Positions 18,017 to 26,942 of a DNA stretch of 48,146 nt are shown here, in pieces. Source of the DNA: Deltaproteobacteria bacterium (GTDB lineage Bacteria; Desulfobacterota; Desulfobacteria; Desulfobacterales; ETH-SRB1); contig JAUWFS010000002.1 in NCBI GenBank assembly GCA_030606805.1, positions 1-48,146 of the forward strand, written 5' to 3'. Below the pieces are notes generated by a model that saw only the letters and a program-made list of their open reading frames with translations, made no database searches and was not told the origin of the DNA. Made by a program: the position numbers and the translations under genes. Position 1 is the stretch's first letter. Each line of letters opens with the position of its first letter.

Positions 18017-18115
18017 GTGTACCCTCCTTGGGCTTTGCCCGTGTAGTCGGCTTTGCCAACTGTTAAAAATCTATTACATACACTTTAATCATTGTCAAGG
18101 TGTTTTTATTTGCTC

Positions 18116-19159
18116 TTATTTCTTTTTAAGCTGCTCCAAAGTCAGCGGTCTTCCGGTTTGCCCCAAAAGATCGGATAAGGTAATTGTCCCATCCCTCCAA
18201 AGCTTAGCTCTGCCAGGGCCTAACAAATCATCAACATAGGCAGCAGTATGTCTTTTTAAAAATCCATCAAAAGTAGTGTCACTTGGAATCTGGCCTAAAT
18301 CACTCGCACGTGTTCCCTTTGGTTTATCAACATCTATACCAAGTTCACGATATGAAAGTGTAATCGGAACAATAAGACTTCGGCAACCCCAGTGTCGAGG
18401 ACATCCAGAATTAAACGGCAAAGTGTTCCCATTAATAGGAACCCCCTCTAAGTTCCATTCTGCGCCTGAATATGTTACACAAACCAACGAAGTATGGGAA
18501 TCAAGTGTACTAAGTTGGCGCATTCCTTTGACAATATCATCATTAGCTTTGAACGTGGCCATGCGGGCATCATTTGCGGTCTGCATTACGGAATTGTGAC
18601 AAAGAGTAAAAGCATTTCTGCGGAGTGTGTCGGCTGGAAAACCTATACCGGATGTTCCTAATCGTTTTGACCCGAATACACGCCTCACGATTTGCTGGAG
18701 TGTTTCATTTTGAGCAATCCCTTGCCTAACCTGGCCGGAATATTTGAATTTTAATGAGTTACCTTGCGCCGCCCAATAATCAGCAGAAATATGGCCTTCT
18801 ATCAACGAACCACTGACAAGGGCTTTCAAGGCAGCTTCAGAAGGCAGGGACGCATCAAGACCAATTCCGGCAAAGGTGTTTGCGGTGAACTTGGCTTCGT
18901 TTTGGGCGAGGGCATGAGAATCAAGGGTTCCGGCTGTCTTAGCATAATATCCATCAATAATCTCCGTTGCCTCCTTCAGCACTTTATTGACCCGTGCTTT
19001 GCTAAAGTCGGTCAGGCCGTTACGGAGCTTCGCTTTTAGTTCGACTTGCATCTGCTTTAAGAGGGCAAGTGTCTTCGTTTGCTCCCCGGCGGTCAAGCGA
19101 AGGAGATCCACCTGGTGTTTGAGATAAAAATCCATTAAATTTAATTCTGCTTTATTCAA
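18116..19159 (-). CDS. Head morphogenesis protein (SPP1 gp7 / Mu F-like)
   Basis: 347 aa, immediately after the portal gene. The motifs ..TSLVCVTYSGAEW.. and ..NSGCPRHWGCRSLIVPI resemble the conserved Cys/His C-terminal motif of Mu F-like proteins. Confidence 0.65.
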   Translation of the reverse strand: MNKAELNLMDFYLKHQVDLLRLTAGEQTKTLALLKQMQVELKAKLRNGLTDFSKARVNKVLKEATEIIDGYYAKTAGTLDSHALAQNEAKFTANTFAGIGLDASLPSEAALKALVSGSLIEGHISADYWAAQGNSLKFKYSGQVRQGIAQNETLQQIVRRVFGSKRLGTSGIGFPADTLRRNAFTLCHNSVMQTANDARMATFKANDDIVKGMRQLSTLDSHTSLVCVTYSGAEWNLEGVPINGNTLPFNSGCPRHWGCRSLIVPITLSYRELGIDVDKPKGTRASDLGQIPSDTTFDGFLKRHTAAYVDDLLGPGRAKLWRDGTITLSDLLGQTGRPLTLEQLKKK

Positions 19160-20607
19160 TCCTCATCCCCCGGAGCTGGCGGCCTACTGGAACCTATCTG
19201 CTCTTGCATCTCTTCAAGTGTAAGAGGGCTTGCAATAATATCTGCTTTCTGTAAATTCTCAAAAAGAACCTGTTGAGAAAATGCCCCTTGTTGCCATGCA
19301 CCAACCAAAGCCGTTAACTGTTGGGCATCAAGGCCCGCAGGCATAAAATCACGGTTTAACTCAACCGACCATTTGCCTGGCTGTCCGGCCCACTCACAAA
19401 ACATATTAAGTGCCTTTGTCAAACCGATTGATATTGTCTGAGCGATTGCAGATAAAACAGACGATTCCCCGGCACGGTGGATTTGTGCAACTTGAGCCGT
19501 TTCGGCGTCTTTCTTTTCGGCGGTTAGAAGACGCGCGCCTAAAATAGCCATCTCTTGTTTGTATTCCTGAAGAGCTTCTTTTATTGCATTGAGCCCGGTT
19601 CCTGTAAATTCAAGAAACGAAGCCCTTGCCTGCGGGTCTGGAAATGTCCATGCTGACTGTGATCCAATATACAACTTGTCAGCTTTATCCTCCGGTGAAT
19701 AACCGGAAACAACCGCAGTCGGTAATCCCGTGAAGTGTAACCCGTGTGCGTAATCCGCACCCGTCCGATAATGTGCAAGATTCAAGTCCACCAAATCAAT
19801 CAAGGGCGGTTCATCAACATCCGGCGTAGTATCATCAACTCCGATGAAATAAAATGGGATATATGCCAATGGCTTTCCATTCATAAGCGGGAAGAGATCA
19901 GACCCGACTTGCTGTTGCTCTTTACTGTCATCATCAATCCTAAATATTCTAACCCGATAAACAAAGCTCTCATCTTCATTCACAATATCTTTGTCAACTA
20001 TACGCTTTACAAGATTAAGCACCCGATAACGTACTTCTGTTTTATGCTCAAATTCATTATCCGGTTTTAATGTAGCATTTTCTCGTAATACCACCATTGA
20101 CAAGGCCGTTTCATTCCCTATACGCGTGGTTTTCCAGTTGATGATTGACTCCGCCTGATACTTTTGCATCGTTGGCCGGATTTTGGAAGCCTCTGCATCG
20201 GCTTGTGTCATGCCTTCTGTGGATTGAGAAGGAAAGTCAACTAACACACCTATACGCCCAGTTGTTAGTATCTCAATAGCTGTTTGTTGTGCAAATATTT
20301 GGAAATCAATCCCGGACATAGTGACATCTTCAAGCATCGGTTCAATCGATTTAGGGATATCCACCACGGGAGGCTTGCGGAATATAAGACCTGAGAGCGC
20401 AGAAATGGTGCGCCAATAAGCATTGAAAAAGGAAGCTCTCAACCGATAGGCGTTATATGACTCGTCATCTTGGTCTTTAAGTCGGGGAAGGAAAAGCGTC
20501 TTGGCATCATGCACAGCTCGTTGCCCTGCGGCCACCGCTCTACATTTCACCCATTGAGGTTGCATATTTTTGTATAAATTATGTTGAATGTCTACTGTGC
20601 TTGGCAT
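19156..20607 (-). CDS. Portal protein (DUF4055-like)
   Basis: The N-terminus is ...YKNMQPQWVKCRAVAAGQRAVHDAKTLFLPRL....YNAYRLRASFFNAYWRTISALSGLIFRKPP. It lies downstream of terL. I start it at the ATG at 20607, which has an AAAGGAG Shine-Dalgarno, instead of the track start 20634, which has none. Confidence 0.7.
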   Translation of the reverse strand: MPSTVDIQHNLYKNMQPQWVKCRAVAAGQRAVHDAKTLFLPRLKDQDDESYNAYRLRASFFNAYWRTISALSGLIFRKPPVVDIPKSIEPMLEDVTMSGIDFQIFAQQTAIEILTTGRIGVLVDFPSQSTEGMTQADAEASKIRPTMQKYQAESIINWKTTRIGNETALSMVVLRENATLKPDNEFEHKTEVRYRVLNLVKRIVDKDIVNEDESFVYRVRIFRIDDDSKEQQQVGSDLFPLMNGKPLAYIPFYFIGVDDTTPDVDEPPLIDLVDLNLAHYRTGADYAHGLHFTGLPTAVVSGYSPEDKADKLYIGSQSAWTFPDPQARASFLEFTGTGLNAIKEALQEYKQEMAILGARLLTAEKKDAETAQVAQIHRAGESSVLSAIAQTISIGLTKALNMFCEWAGQPGKWSVELNRDFMPAGLDAQQLTALVGAWQQGAFSQQVLFENLQKADIIASPLTLEEMQEQIGSSRPPAPGDED

Positions 20608-21431
20608 GATATATTCTCCTTTCTTTCTTTCCATAGCTTTTTGGCGGCTGTCTTCATTTTTAATCTTGTCTCATCGGTATGCTTTCTGCCTAACCACGGT
20701 TTTCCATGTTTACTATTAGCGACCATTTTTGCAAGGGATTCCGGTGTATGTTTTCTTCCTAATCCAGCACGTCCAATTTTTTCTTTTGCTTCTGCGGTAT
20801 GGTGTTTTCCATACATAGCATGCTTTTTACCTGATTGTGAGGCACTCATCTTTGCACGGGTTTCATCTGAATGGGTTTTTCCTAAAAATGTGGGATGTTC
20901 CCGACGTGATTTATTTAATTTCTCTTGGTGTTCCGGTGTTCTACCCCTCTTGATAGCAGCGACACTTATTTTTACACGTGTTGATTCTGGAAGATGCTTT
21001 CCAAAAAGACGGTGTTTTTCTCCCTTCCCGGCAGCACTCAGATTTGCCCGATGTTCTAAACTTTTAGCTTTCCCGGTCATGGATACACTCATCTTGGCTC
21101 TCGTTTCTTTGGTTCGTATCACACCAAGACAACTATATGCCCTCCCGCAAATATTGTATTCTGATTTTTCATTAATATATATTTGCTCATGTTCTATCAG
21201 ACTTTCCGTACTGCATTGTTCAATGATCGTAGAGAAAAAGCAGGTCGCCCCATATTTATTCCATGCCCTTTGAAGTATTTGGCTATGATGCAATCCAGCT
21301 AATAGTTTTCTTTTGTGCATTTGAAGGCGCTTTCTTAGGTTAATAGACGACCCAACATAACGCTTGCCATTCACCGAATTTACGATTGCATAAATGCCTG
21401 GAGACTGAGGATATGTAGCTATATTTTCCAT
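20592..21431 (-). CDS. GIY-YIG homing endonuclease with NUMOD3 repeats
   Basis: Motifs are PGIYAIVN..GKRYVGSS..RKRLQMH, followed by at least 6 NUMOD3-like repeats (ETRAKMS.S..GK). It is inserted between terL and the portal gene. Confidence 0.85.
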   Translation of the reverse strand: MENIATYPQSPGIYAIVNSVNGKRYVGSSINLRKRLQMHKRKLLAGLHHSQILQRAWNKYGATCFFSTIIEQCSTESLIEHEQIYINEKSEYNICGRAYSCLGVIRTKETRAKMSVSMTGKAKSLEHRANLSAAGKGEKHRLFGKHLPESTRVKISVAAIKRGRTPEHQEKLNKSRREHPTFLGKTHSDETRAKMSASQSGKKHAMYGKHHTAEAKEKIGRAGLGRKHTPESLAKMVANSKHGKPWLGRKHTDETRLKMKTAAKKLWKERKENISCQAQ

Positions 21432-21437
21432 ATTTTT

Positions 21438-21466
21438 CTTATACTCTTTATCAGTCTATAAGTCAA
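21438..21466 (-). promoter_or_regulatory. Sigma70-like promoter placed for a leaderless GIY-YIG mRNA
   Basis: The minus strand reads TTGACT-17 nt-TATAAG-aaaaat-ATG. The -10 hexamer ends 6 nt before the ATG at 21431, and there is no Shine-Dalgarno. Confidence 0.4.
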
Positions 21467-21477
21467 TGAAATTATAC

Positions 21478-22698
21478 TTAAATACCAGTTATCTGCATTC
21501 GTGTCATTTTCTCTCTCATTGGAAACTCATAATGGACAAGATAACCCAAAGCATCAGGCAGATGATCAAGCCCCAAGCCCTTATCAGGCTGTGAAGTGTC
21601 GGCTTTATAAGTCAATCCATCAAGGCACTTTATAAGCTGTTTACAACGAGAATGAATAAGCAACCGTCTATCACCCTTTGCGTTTTTAAACAAGGCATTA
21701 ACTTCATTGTTTCGATCAACTACCAAAGGGGAACCAGGCGGAGCCAGCACCCTGAAACCATGAGCCGCAAGAATACTAAAATCAGTTTGCCCAACCGGAG
21801 AACTTGTTTTCCGTGCTTTCCCTGTAGGATCTGGATAAACTTGCACTTTGCGTTTAGGATATCGTATCTGTATAGCATCGGCCATTAATTCAGTATTTCC
21901 GTTTGGAATTATAATTTCATCAATTATATGTAACTGATTTGTTACTTTGACCCCTATCACAGCACTCATGGGATTTACGTTAAAATCCATTCCCACAAGT
22001 AACTCCGCTCCAGTATCTTCAAGGCCTCCTGAAACATTAAGCAACCGGTCAAATTCATAATAAACCCGTCCGGTTAAACTTGCAAAACTCGCTAAATACT
22101 CCTGCTTATACGTTCGTTCATCAAGATCATGCTTTGCAGCTTCTAACTCTTCCAAGGGAACAAAGCCACCATCCTTTGTTGTAAATTGCCATGCTTTCCA
22201 TCCTGGTTTGCTATCTGCCAAAATCCACAAATCATACAAGTGATTAAATCCGGCAGGCGTTCCGATAAAAAGGGCCGTACCAATTTTGTCAGAGAGGGAC
22301 GGTCTCAACACTTCAGTCCATACCTCCGCCGCCATATCAGCATATTCATCAAGAACTAAGGTGTTAAGTCCCACACCCCGGAGTGAATCATAATTGTCTG
22401 CACCACGAAGGGATATTGTAGAATTATTAAGAAGGGTCAAGGTTAAATCTGTTTCGTTTTTGTTTTTTATAGCTTCTTGAGGAACAAAACCCCGAAGCAT
22501 AGCCCAAGCAATCTGTTTCGCTTGCCTATAAGTCGGGGCCGTGTACCAACATATAAAATCCCGATTATGCCATGCAGCGAAGAGCAGCACCCACAAAGCA
22601 AGTACTGTTTTTCCGAATCTTCGCCCTGCTACCACAACCTTAAAACGGGCATCGTCAAAAAATATATTGTCCTGTGCTGCTGAAAGCTCAATCTCCAT
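21478..22698 (-). CDS. terL: Terminase large subunit
   Basis: 406 aa. It has a Walker A-like motif VVVAGRRFGKT, a Walker B LVLDEYA and a C-terminal nuclease-like half. It follows the small subunit gene with an overlap. Confidence 0.85.
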   Translation of the reverse strand: MEIELSAAQDNIFFDDARFKVVVAGRRFGKTVLALWVLLFAAWHNRDFICWYTAPTYRQAKQIAWAMLRGFVPQEAIKNKNETDLTLTLLNNSTISLRGADNYDSLRGVGLNTLVLDEYADMAAEVWTEVLRPSLSDKIGTALFIGTPAGFNHLYDLWILADSKPGWKAWQFTTKDGGFVPLEELEAAKHDLDERTYKQEYLASFASLTGRVYYEFDRLLNVSGGLEDTGAELLVGMDFNVNPMSAVIGVKVTNQLHIIDEIIIPNGNTELMADAIQIRYPKRKVQVYPDPTGKARKTSSPVGQTDFSILAAHGFRVLAPPGSPLVVDRNNEVNALFKNAKGDRRLLIHSRCKQLIKCLDGLTYKADTSQPDKGLGLDHLPDALGYLVHYEFPMREKMTRMQITGI

Positions 22699-23089
22699 GT
22701 CTTTTTATAACCATAGGCGGGAAGTTATTAAATTCAATCTTTGTTGGTTCGTTATAACCGTACATAGCGTTTAATTCTTTAGTCGCTGATATTTGATCAG
22801 AGCTTCTTTCGTCAAAATCCTTGGCAATATCACCCAAAATAACAACACTTTGTTCCCGTGTCCATAATTGCTTTTTTGCTAAATTATCCTTTAATTCCTT
22901 AAGCCTTGACTTCACCTTGACATTGTCGGCAAGATGAGAAGCGTTTTCCCAGACTGACTTTTTTTTCTTATTTTTTGTACTATATGCACTACGATAAGCA
23001 TCAGACTGAGACAGACCGTTTGCAATCCCTTGACAAAACTTTTCTTGCTTTGCTGTTAGTTTAACTTTAGCCTTTGATTTTGATACCAT
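22688..23089 (-). CDS. terS: Terminase small subunit
   Basis: 133 aa. The segment KLTAKQEKFCQGIANGLSQSDAYRSAYS... is typical of the Terminase_2-type small subunit N-terminus. It lies directly upstream of terL. Confidence 0.7.
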   Translation of the reverse strand: MVSKSKAKVKLTAKQEKFCQGIANGLSQSDAYRSAYSTKNKKKKSVWENASHLADNVKVKSRLKELKDNLAKKQLWTREQSVVILGDIAKDFDERSSDQISATKELNAMYGYNEPTKIEFNNFPPMVIKRHGD

Positions 23090-23095
23090 TTTTGC

Positions 23096-23124
23096 CCTAT
23101 ACCAAAATTCATAATAATTGTCAA
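23096..23124 (-). promoter_or_regulatory. Sigma70-like promoter placed for a leaderless terS (late operon) mRNA
   Basis: The minus strand reads TTGACA-17 nt-TATAGG-gcaaaa-ATG. The -10 hexamer ends 6 nt before the terS ATG at 23089, and there is no Shine-Dalgarno. Confidence 0.4.
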
Positions 23125-23380
23125 GAGTCAGTTTTTTAGTTCAATATTCAACCTATTAGCTTTTTTATGCCTTTTAGACTCAAACCAAGCCTTAATTGTT
23201 CCAAATTTTTTCTTTTTCTGTTTAAGCGTCAATCTCTTTTCTCGTTTCAAAATTTATAATCCCCTTAATTTGCGATTTAACAGCCTTTTTAAATCAGCCC
23301 CTAATAGTTTCCTATCTTTTTCGTTTAATCGTCGCATTTACGCAATGGCTTAACGAGGATACTATTTATCACCATCCTTT

Positions 23381-23659
23381 CTAATTCGGTTTTTTGCCGT
23401 CTTGAACAACCGGCTGTCCGTATTCATGCCCACAATCTCGACACAAATAAACTTCAATCTTAATCAACACATCCTTACCTGATAAATTTTTAGGATTTAG
23501 TTTTGAAAATATCCGTAGCTTAGTGACAATATCAAAATATTGACCACCACATTTAGGGCAATTTTGTTCTACCGTGTCGTTTATACTAATGGGATTTTGT
23601 TTCTGTTGCGGCCTCATAGGAAATTTAGCAATGTTATTGTTATTCTTGTGATTCGTCAT
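23381..23659 (-). CDS. Zinc-ribbon protein (CxxC...CxxC)
   Basis: 92 aa with CPKCGG ... CRDCGH. It is the last gene before the late promoter. Confidence 0.4.
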   Translation of the reverse strand: MTNHKNNNNIAKFPMRPQQKQNPISINDTVEQNCPKCGGQYFDIVTKLRIFSKLNPKNLSGKDVLIKIEVYLCRDCGHEYGQPVVQDGKKPN

Positions 23660-23847
23660 TTTGTTCCTCCCTTTTCAGCGTCCTTAAGTGTTTCGGTAAT
23701 TTCTGATATAATTTTTTCAAGATACAAGATTCGTTCCTTCAATTTTTCATTTTCTTTTTCCAGTTCCAACAATTGATTGTGACATGCTATCCATCGATTT
23801 TTTTCTGTTGATTGCGAATGAGTACCATAAGCTTTTAATTCTTCCAT
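23656..23847 (-). CDS. Small coiled-coil protein
   Basis: 63 aa with heptad-like LLELEKENEKLKERILYLEKIISEI and a good Shine-Dalgarno (AAGGAGGAGCAAC-ATG). Confidence 0.3.
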   Translation of the reverse strand: MEELKAYGTHSQSTEKNRWIACHNQLLELEKENEKLKERILYLEKIISEITETLKDAEKGGTK

Positions 23848-23911
23848 GTTGCTCCTCCTTGAATTAGTGTTATATTAATAAGTTATGTCTGTTTTTTTCG
23901 TAAAATGCCCA

Positions 23912-24240
23912 GCTAATTGACAGGTAGAAAAAAATGTATCTTGTATTATATCAATACTTTACTTAAAAAAATGCCAGGTAAAGAGTGCTAATTAGCAGGT
24001 AGAAAAAAATGTATCTTGTATTATATCAATACTTTACTTAAAAAGGACAGGTAAAAAGTATAGGTTGTATTCCCCTTATATTAAATACCCTATATATATA
24101 TATATATTTTATTTTTTATAATAAAGAAAGTAAGGGGCTTACCTGTCCTACCTGTCCTTTATATTAAAATCAGATACTTACACATATCTTACTTGGCCTT
24201 TACCTGGCTTTTACCTGGCCTTTACCTGGCCTTTTACCTA
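23912..24240. repeat. Iteron cluster with an AT-rich core, a putative replication origin
   Basis: There are two 58-bp direct repeats (23912..23969 and 23987..24044, 2 mismatches). CAGGTA occurs 4 times (23921, 23975, 23996, 24048). Across a (TA)8 / A+T-rich core (24091..24120), the inverse TACCTG occurs 5-6 times (24140, 24149, 24201, 24212, 24223 and a degenerate copy at 24235). The last three or four sit in TTTACCTGGCC units with 11-bp phasing. Confidence 0.55.
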
Positions 24241-24259
24241 TTTTTTGTCAATTTTCAAA

Positions 24260-26647
24260 TTATATTGCATCAACTTCTGACCCAAATCTACCTTGTGTAA
24301 ATTTTTTCCAGGGAATTTTAAGCCCAATTTTCTTCTCAAAAAACTTTCTACACGCCCTTTTGTCAGAAAAAACATAAAGACGTTTTTGCTTTTCACCAGA
24401 TATTGTTTTTCTTTTGTCAGGATTTACATCTGAAAATTCAACTAATTTTCTACCAAAAATTGCTGGGACAAGAGGACGTTTTTCTTTAATTACTTTATCA
24501 CAAAAATATATATAATCATTAAAAAGTTTTTCTCTTTGTATCCCTTCTTCGCCACCTAATGTCGAAAAATCACCAAGTAACTGTTCAAACCAAAATTTTT
24601 GAAATGATGTAAAATTATAAACCAATTGATTTAAAAGTCCTTCAGTCTTAGGCGCTTCTCGTAAGTTAAATTTTGTAATATCCAATGCTAATAAATCATA
24701 TAACATTGCAGATATGCCACCTTTTTTATACATTTGTTCATCAATTTTTTTAAAATAATTATGGTTTTGCATTTGAGTATCAGCAACATTTAGAACGAGA
24801 AATCTCCGCTCATATCTTCCTACAGACACAACCCAGTCATTATTTGATGCAATAATACAATTAATGTGGTTGGCCATTTTAATAGCATCTTTACCTTTTA
24901 GTTCAATCAAATGATGCTTTGATGTAATAAGAGATTTAAGAACACCCGCAATTGTTTTGTCCCCTGCAAAAAATGCCTCATCAAGATATAACAAAAGACA
25001 ATTTTTGAGATGCGAATTAAATCGACCGGTTGCTTGTGCCTGTTTTGTAACTAATTGATAATGATGACCAAATATTTCCCCAAAGATTTCAACGAAAACA
25101 CCTTTTCCAACTCCCCTTAACCCCTGCAAAACAATTGCTGTGCCAGGTTTTTCCCCGCCAGGATCTTGAACAATACGTGCCATCCATGCCATTAACCACT
25201 CATAATGAAGTAGGTTATCATTACAAATATTATGGAATAAGTGTTCTTTATATAAAGACCAGTCCCCATTGACGGGTTTATATGTCAAACCACGATATAA
25301 ATTATAAAATCTATCATCATTATTGTTTGGGTCAAAGACAATTCCTTGATATTCACGGCGTTTTGCTGAAGCCAACCAGGCATCTGCAATAGAAATTGTT
25401 TTAGACTGACCTTTTTTTCCATTATAATTCGGATTTGGTATTTTTTTATTGTAATACAATAATTTAAAATCATACAGAGATAAAAATTGAGGGTCTATAT
25501 AACCACTAATATCCACAATTTCGTATAAAATCCGCACTTTATTACCAAGAATTATAACAGCATGTTTTTTATTAAATTCATTAATTAAATCCTCACCGGC
25601 TTCTTCTGTGCCAGACTCATCAATTTTGACAAATTCAGCATTATTAATCATACTAATAATATCTTTATGTTTTCCATCCTTTAATAAATCATTGATATCA
25701 TGTTTGGCAGGTGTATCTTTCGGCCACTTAACGGTTTTAGTTTTTTCCCCAAGAATAATTGAAATTCTATCAAGTGCTTTTTGGCCTTCTTTGTCATTAT
25801 CTAAAAAACATATTATTTGAATATTATCATCGCGATATTTTCGTAAAGATTTGACCTTTTTGGTATAAATTGAACTACCGATTGCCAGACAACAAGCGGA
25901 CGGAAAACATTCCGCACAAGAAAAAGCATTAATAACAGATTCAAAAAGAATAATAATCTTTGCTTGTTTAATATTTTCTCCAATTTGAAAAAAACAACCC
26001 TCTTCGTTTTCTGAACCATATGTAAAAACTTTATCCTTTTTTTCGGTATCTGAATAAGACAAGCCGTCCACAGACAGCATTTGTATTGCCAGAACTTTTT
26101 TATCACCATCAAGTTCACAATACTGGCAGGCCACGGAAGACAACTCTTCCTGGTCTTTTAAATGATGTTTAACAAAACGTATTTTGTTGTTATTGTATGC
26201 TTTTAGAAATAGTTCCTTATTAATACCACGTCTTTTAGCAAGCCTGTAAATAGGATCAAGATTAGTATTTTTGTCATTAAGAATATTTTTCCACCTATCC
26301 TGCTGTGAATAAAGATTTTTTTTGGAAGGAATTTTTTCTTTTTTCTCTTGTGCTGGTTCCGGTTGAAGCTTTAAGGAAGGTTTCGGTTTATCATTAATAC
26401 CAAATTCATCGAATAATTCAGGCAGGGTTTTGTTATAAATCAGCCTATAAAGATCGATAACGTCCCCACCCTTGGGTCTGCAATGGCGGCACCAGAATTT
26501 TTGCTCATCTGTTTTATATACCAGTCTATCTGTGCCGCCGCATAAAGGACATGGTCCACATTCACTATTATCTGTCTCTCTTTTGAGCCCAGGTGCCATG
26601 TCAGGGATTGAAGGTAAAATTGCTTTTAAGGCTTCGATTCCATTCAT
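24260..26647 (-). CDS. Primase / SF3 helicase fusion (zinc finger + Toprim + D5-like P-loop NTPase)
   Basis: 795 aa. It has an N-terminal zinc finger CPLCGG...CRHC, a Toprim-like acidic motif FLDNDKEGQKA, a Walker A VLQGLRGVGKG and a Walker B LLYLDEA. Confidence 0.8.
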   Translation of the reverse strand: MNGIEALKAILPSIPDMAPGLKRETDNSECGPCPLCGGTDRLVYKTDEQKFWCRHCRPKGGDVIDLYRLIYNKTLPELFDEFGINDKPKPSLKLQPEPAQEKKEKIPSKKNLYSQQDRWKNILNDKNTNLDPIYRLAKRRGINKELFLKAYNNNKIRFVKHHLKDQEELSSVACQYCELDGDKKVLAIQMLSVDGLSYSDTEKKDKVFTYGSENEEGCFFQIGENIKQAKIIILFESVINAFSCAECFPSACCLAIGSSIYTKKVKSLRKYRDDNIQIICFLDNDKEGQKALDRISIILGEKTKTVKWPKDTPAKHDINDLLKDGKHKDIISMINNAEFVKIDESGTEEAGEDLINEFNKKHAVIILGNKVRILYEIVDISGYIDPQFLSLYDFKLLYYNKKIPNPNYNGKKGQSKTISIADAWLASAKRREYQGIVFDPNNNDDRFYNLYRGLTYKPVNGDWSLYKEHLFHNICNDNLLHYEWLMAWMARIVQDPGGEKPGTAIVLQGLRGVGKGVFVEIFGEIFGHHYQLVTKQAQATGRFNSHLKNCLLLYLDEAFFAGDKTIAGVLKSLITSKHHLIELKGKDAIKMANHINCIIASNNDWVVSVGRYERRFLVLNVADTQMQNHNYFKKIDEQMYKKGGISAMLYDLLALDITKFNLREAPKTEGLLNQLVYNFTSFQKFWFEQLLGDFSTLGGEEGIQREKLFNDYIYFCDKVIKEKRPLVPAIFGRKLVEFSDVNPDKRKTISGEKQKRLYVFSDKRACRKFFEKKIGLKIPWKKFTQGRFGSEVDAI

Positions 26648-26901
26648 GACTTCACTCCTTCTAATATATATTGCAGTTTTTCTTTTTGCCCCATTATTAA
26701 TATTTCTTCATTAAGATCAATTTTTTCCTTTCCAAAATTTTCTAAACCCATCCATATTACATCGCCTTCTTTGTCGGCCAAAATCATAAGCCTTTCGTCG
26801 GTATCAGTTTTTTTTGTATCTCCGTTTTTATGAAACATAATCCCTTTTTTTATAAGAATTTGATATTCTTTAAAGGGGTCCTGACAGGGTTTGATTCTCA
26901 T
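26644..26901 (-). CDS. Hypothetical protein (85 aa), translationally coupled to the primase
   Basis: It has a good Shine-Dalgarno (AAAGGAGAUUAUU-AUG) and an ATGA overlap with the primase start. I recognised no motif. Confidence 0.35.
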   Translation of the reverse strand: MRIKPCQDPFKEYQILIKKGIMFHKNGDTKKTDTDERLMILADKEGDVIWMGLENFGKEKIDLNEEILIMGQKEKLQYILEGVKS

Positions 26902-26942
26902 AATAATCTCCTTTCTATTTATAAATCATCTTAAAATAATAA

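Noticed and set aside
18030-18098. A possible promoter (TTGACA-16-TAATAG) and a 9-bp direct repeat (GGCTTTGCC twice) in front of the scaffold gene.
   Set aside because: The -10 hexamer is poor and the repeat is short. They are not strong enough to call without data.
20581-21273. A 230-aa plus-strand ORF.
   Set aside because: It is exactly antisense to the GIY-YIG/NUMOD3 gene. It is a repetitive low-complexity mirror of the NUMOD3 repeats, with no Shine-Dalgarno and no motif.
23130-23337. Two very basic mini-ORFs (27 and 39 aa) on the minus strand, in the 290-bp gap upstream of the terS promoter.
   Set aside because: Neither has a Shine-Dalgarno, one needs a TTG start, and both are too short to support. 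The gap may instead be regulatory or packaging-related.
23912-24044. The 58-bp direct repeats with a 75-bp period could be a CRISPR-like array.
   Set aside because: There are only two copies and the spacer is 17 bp. They are embedded in an iteron/AT-rich region and no cas genes are present.
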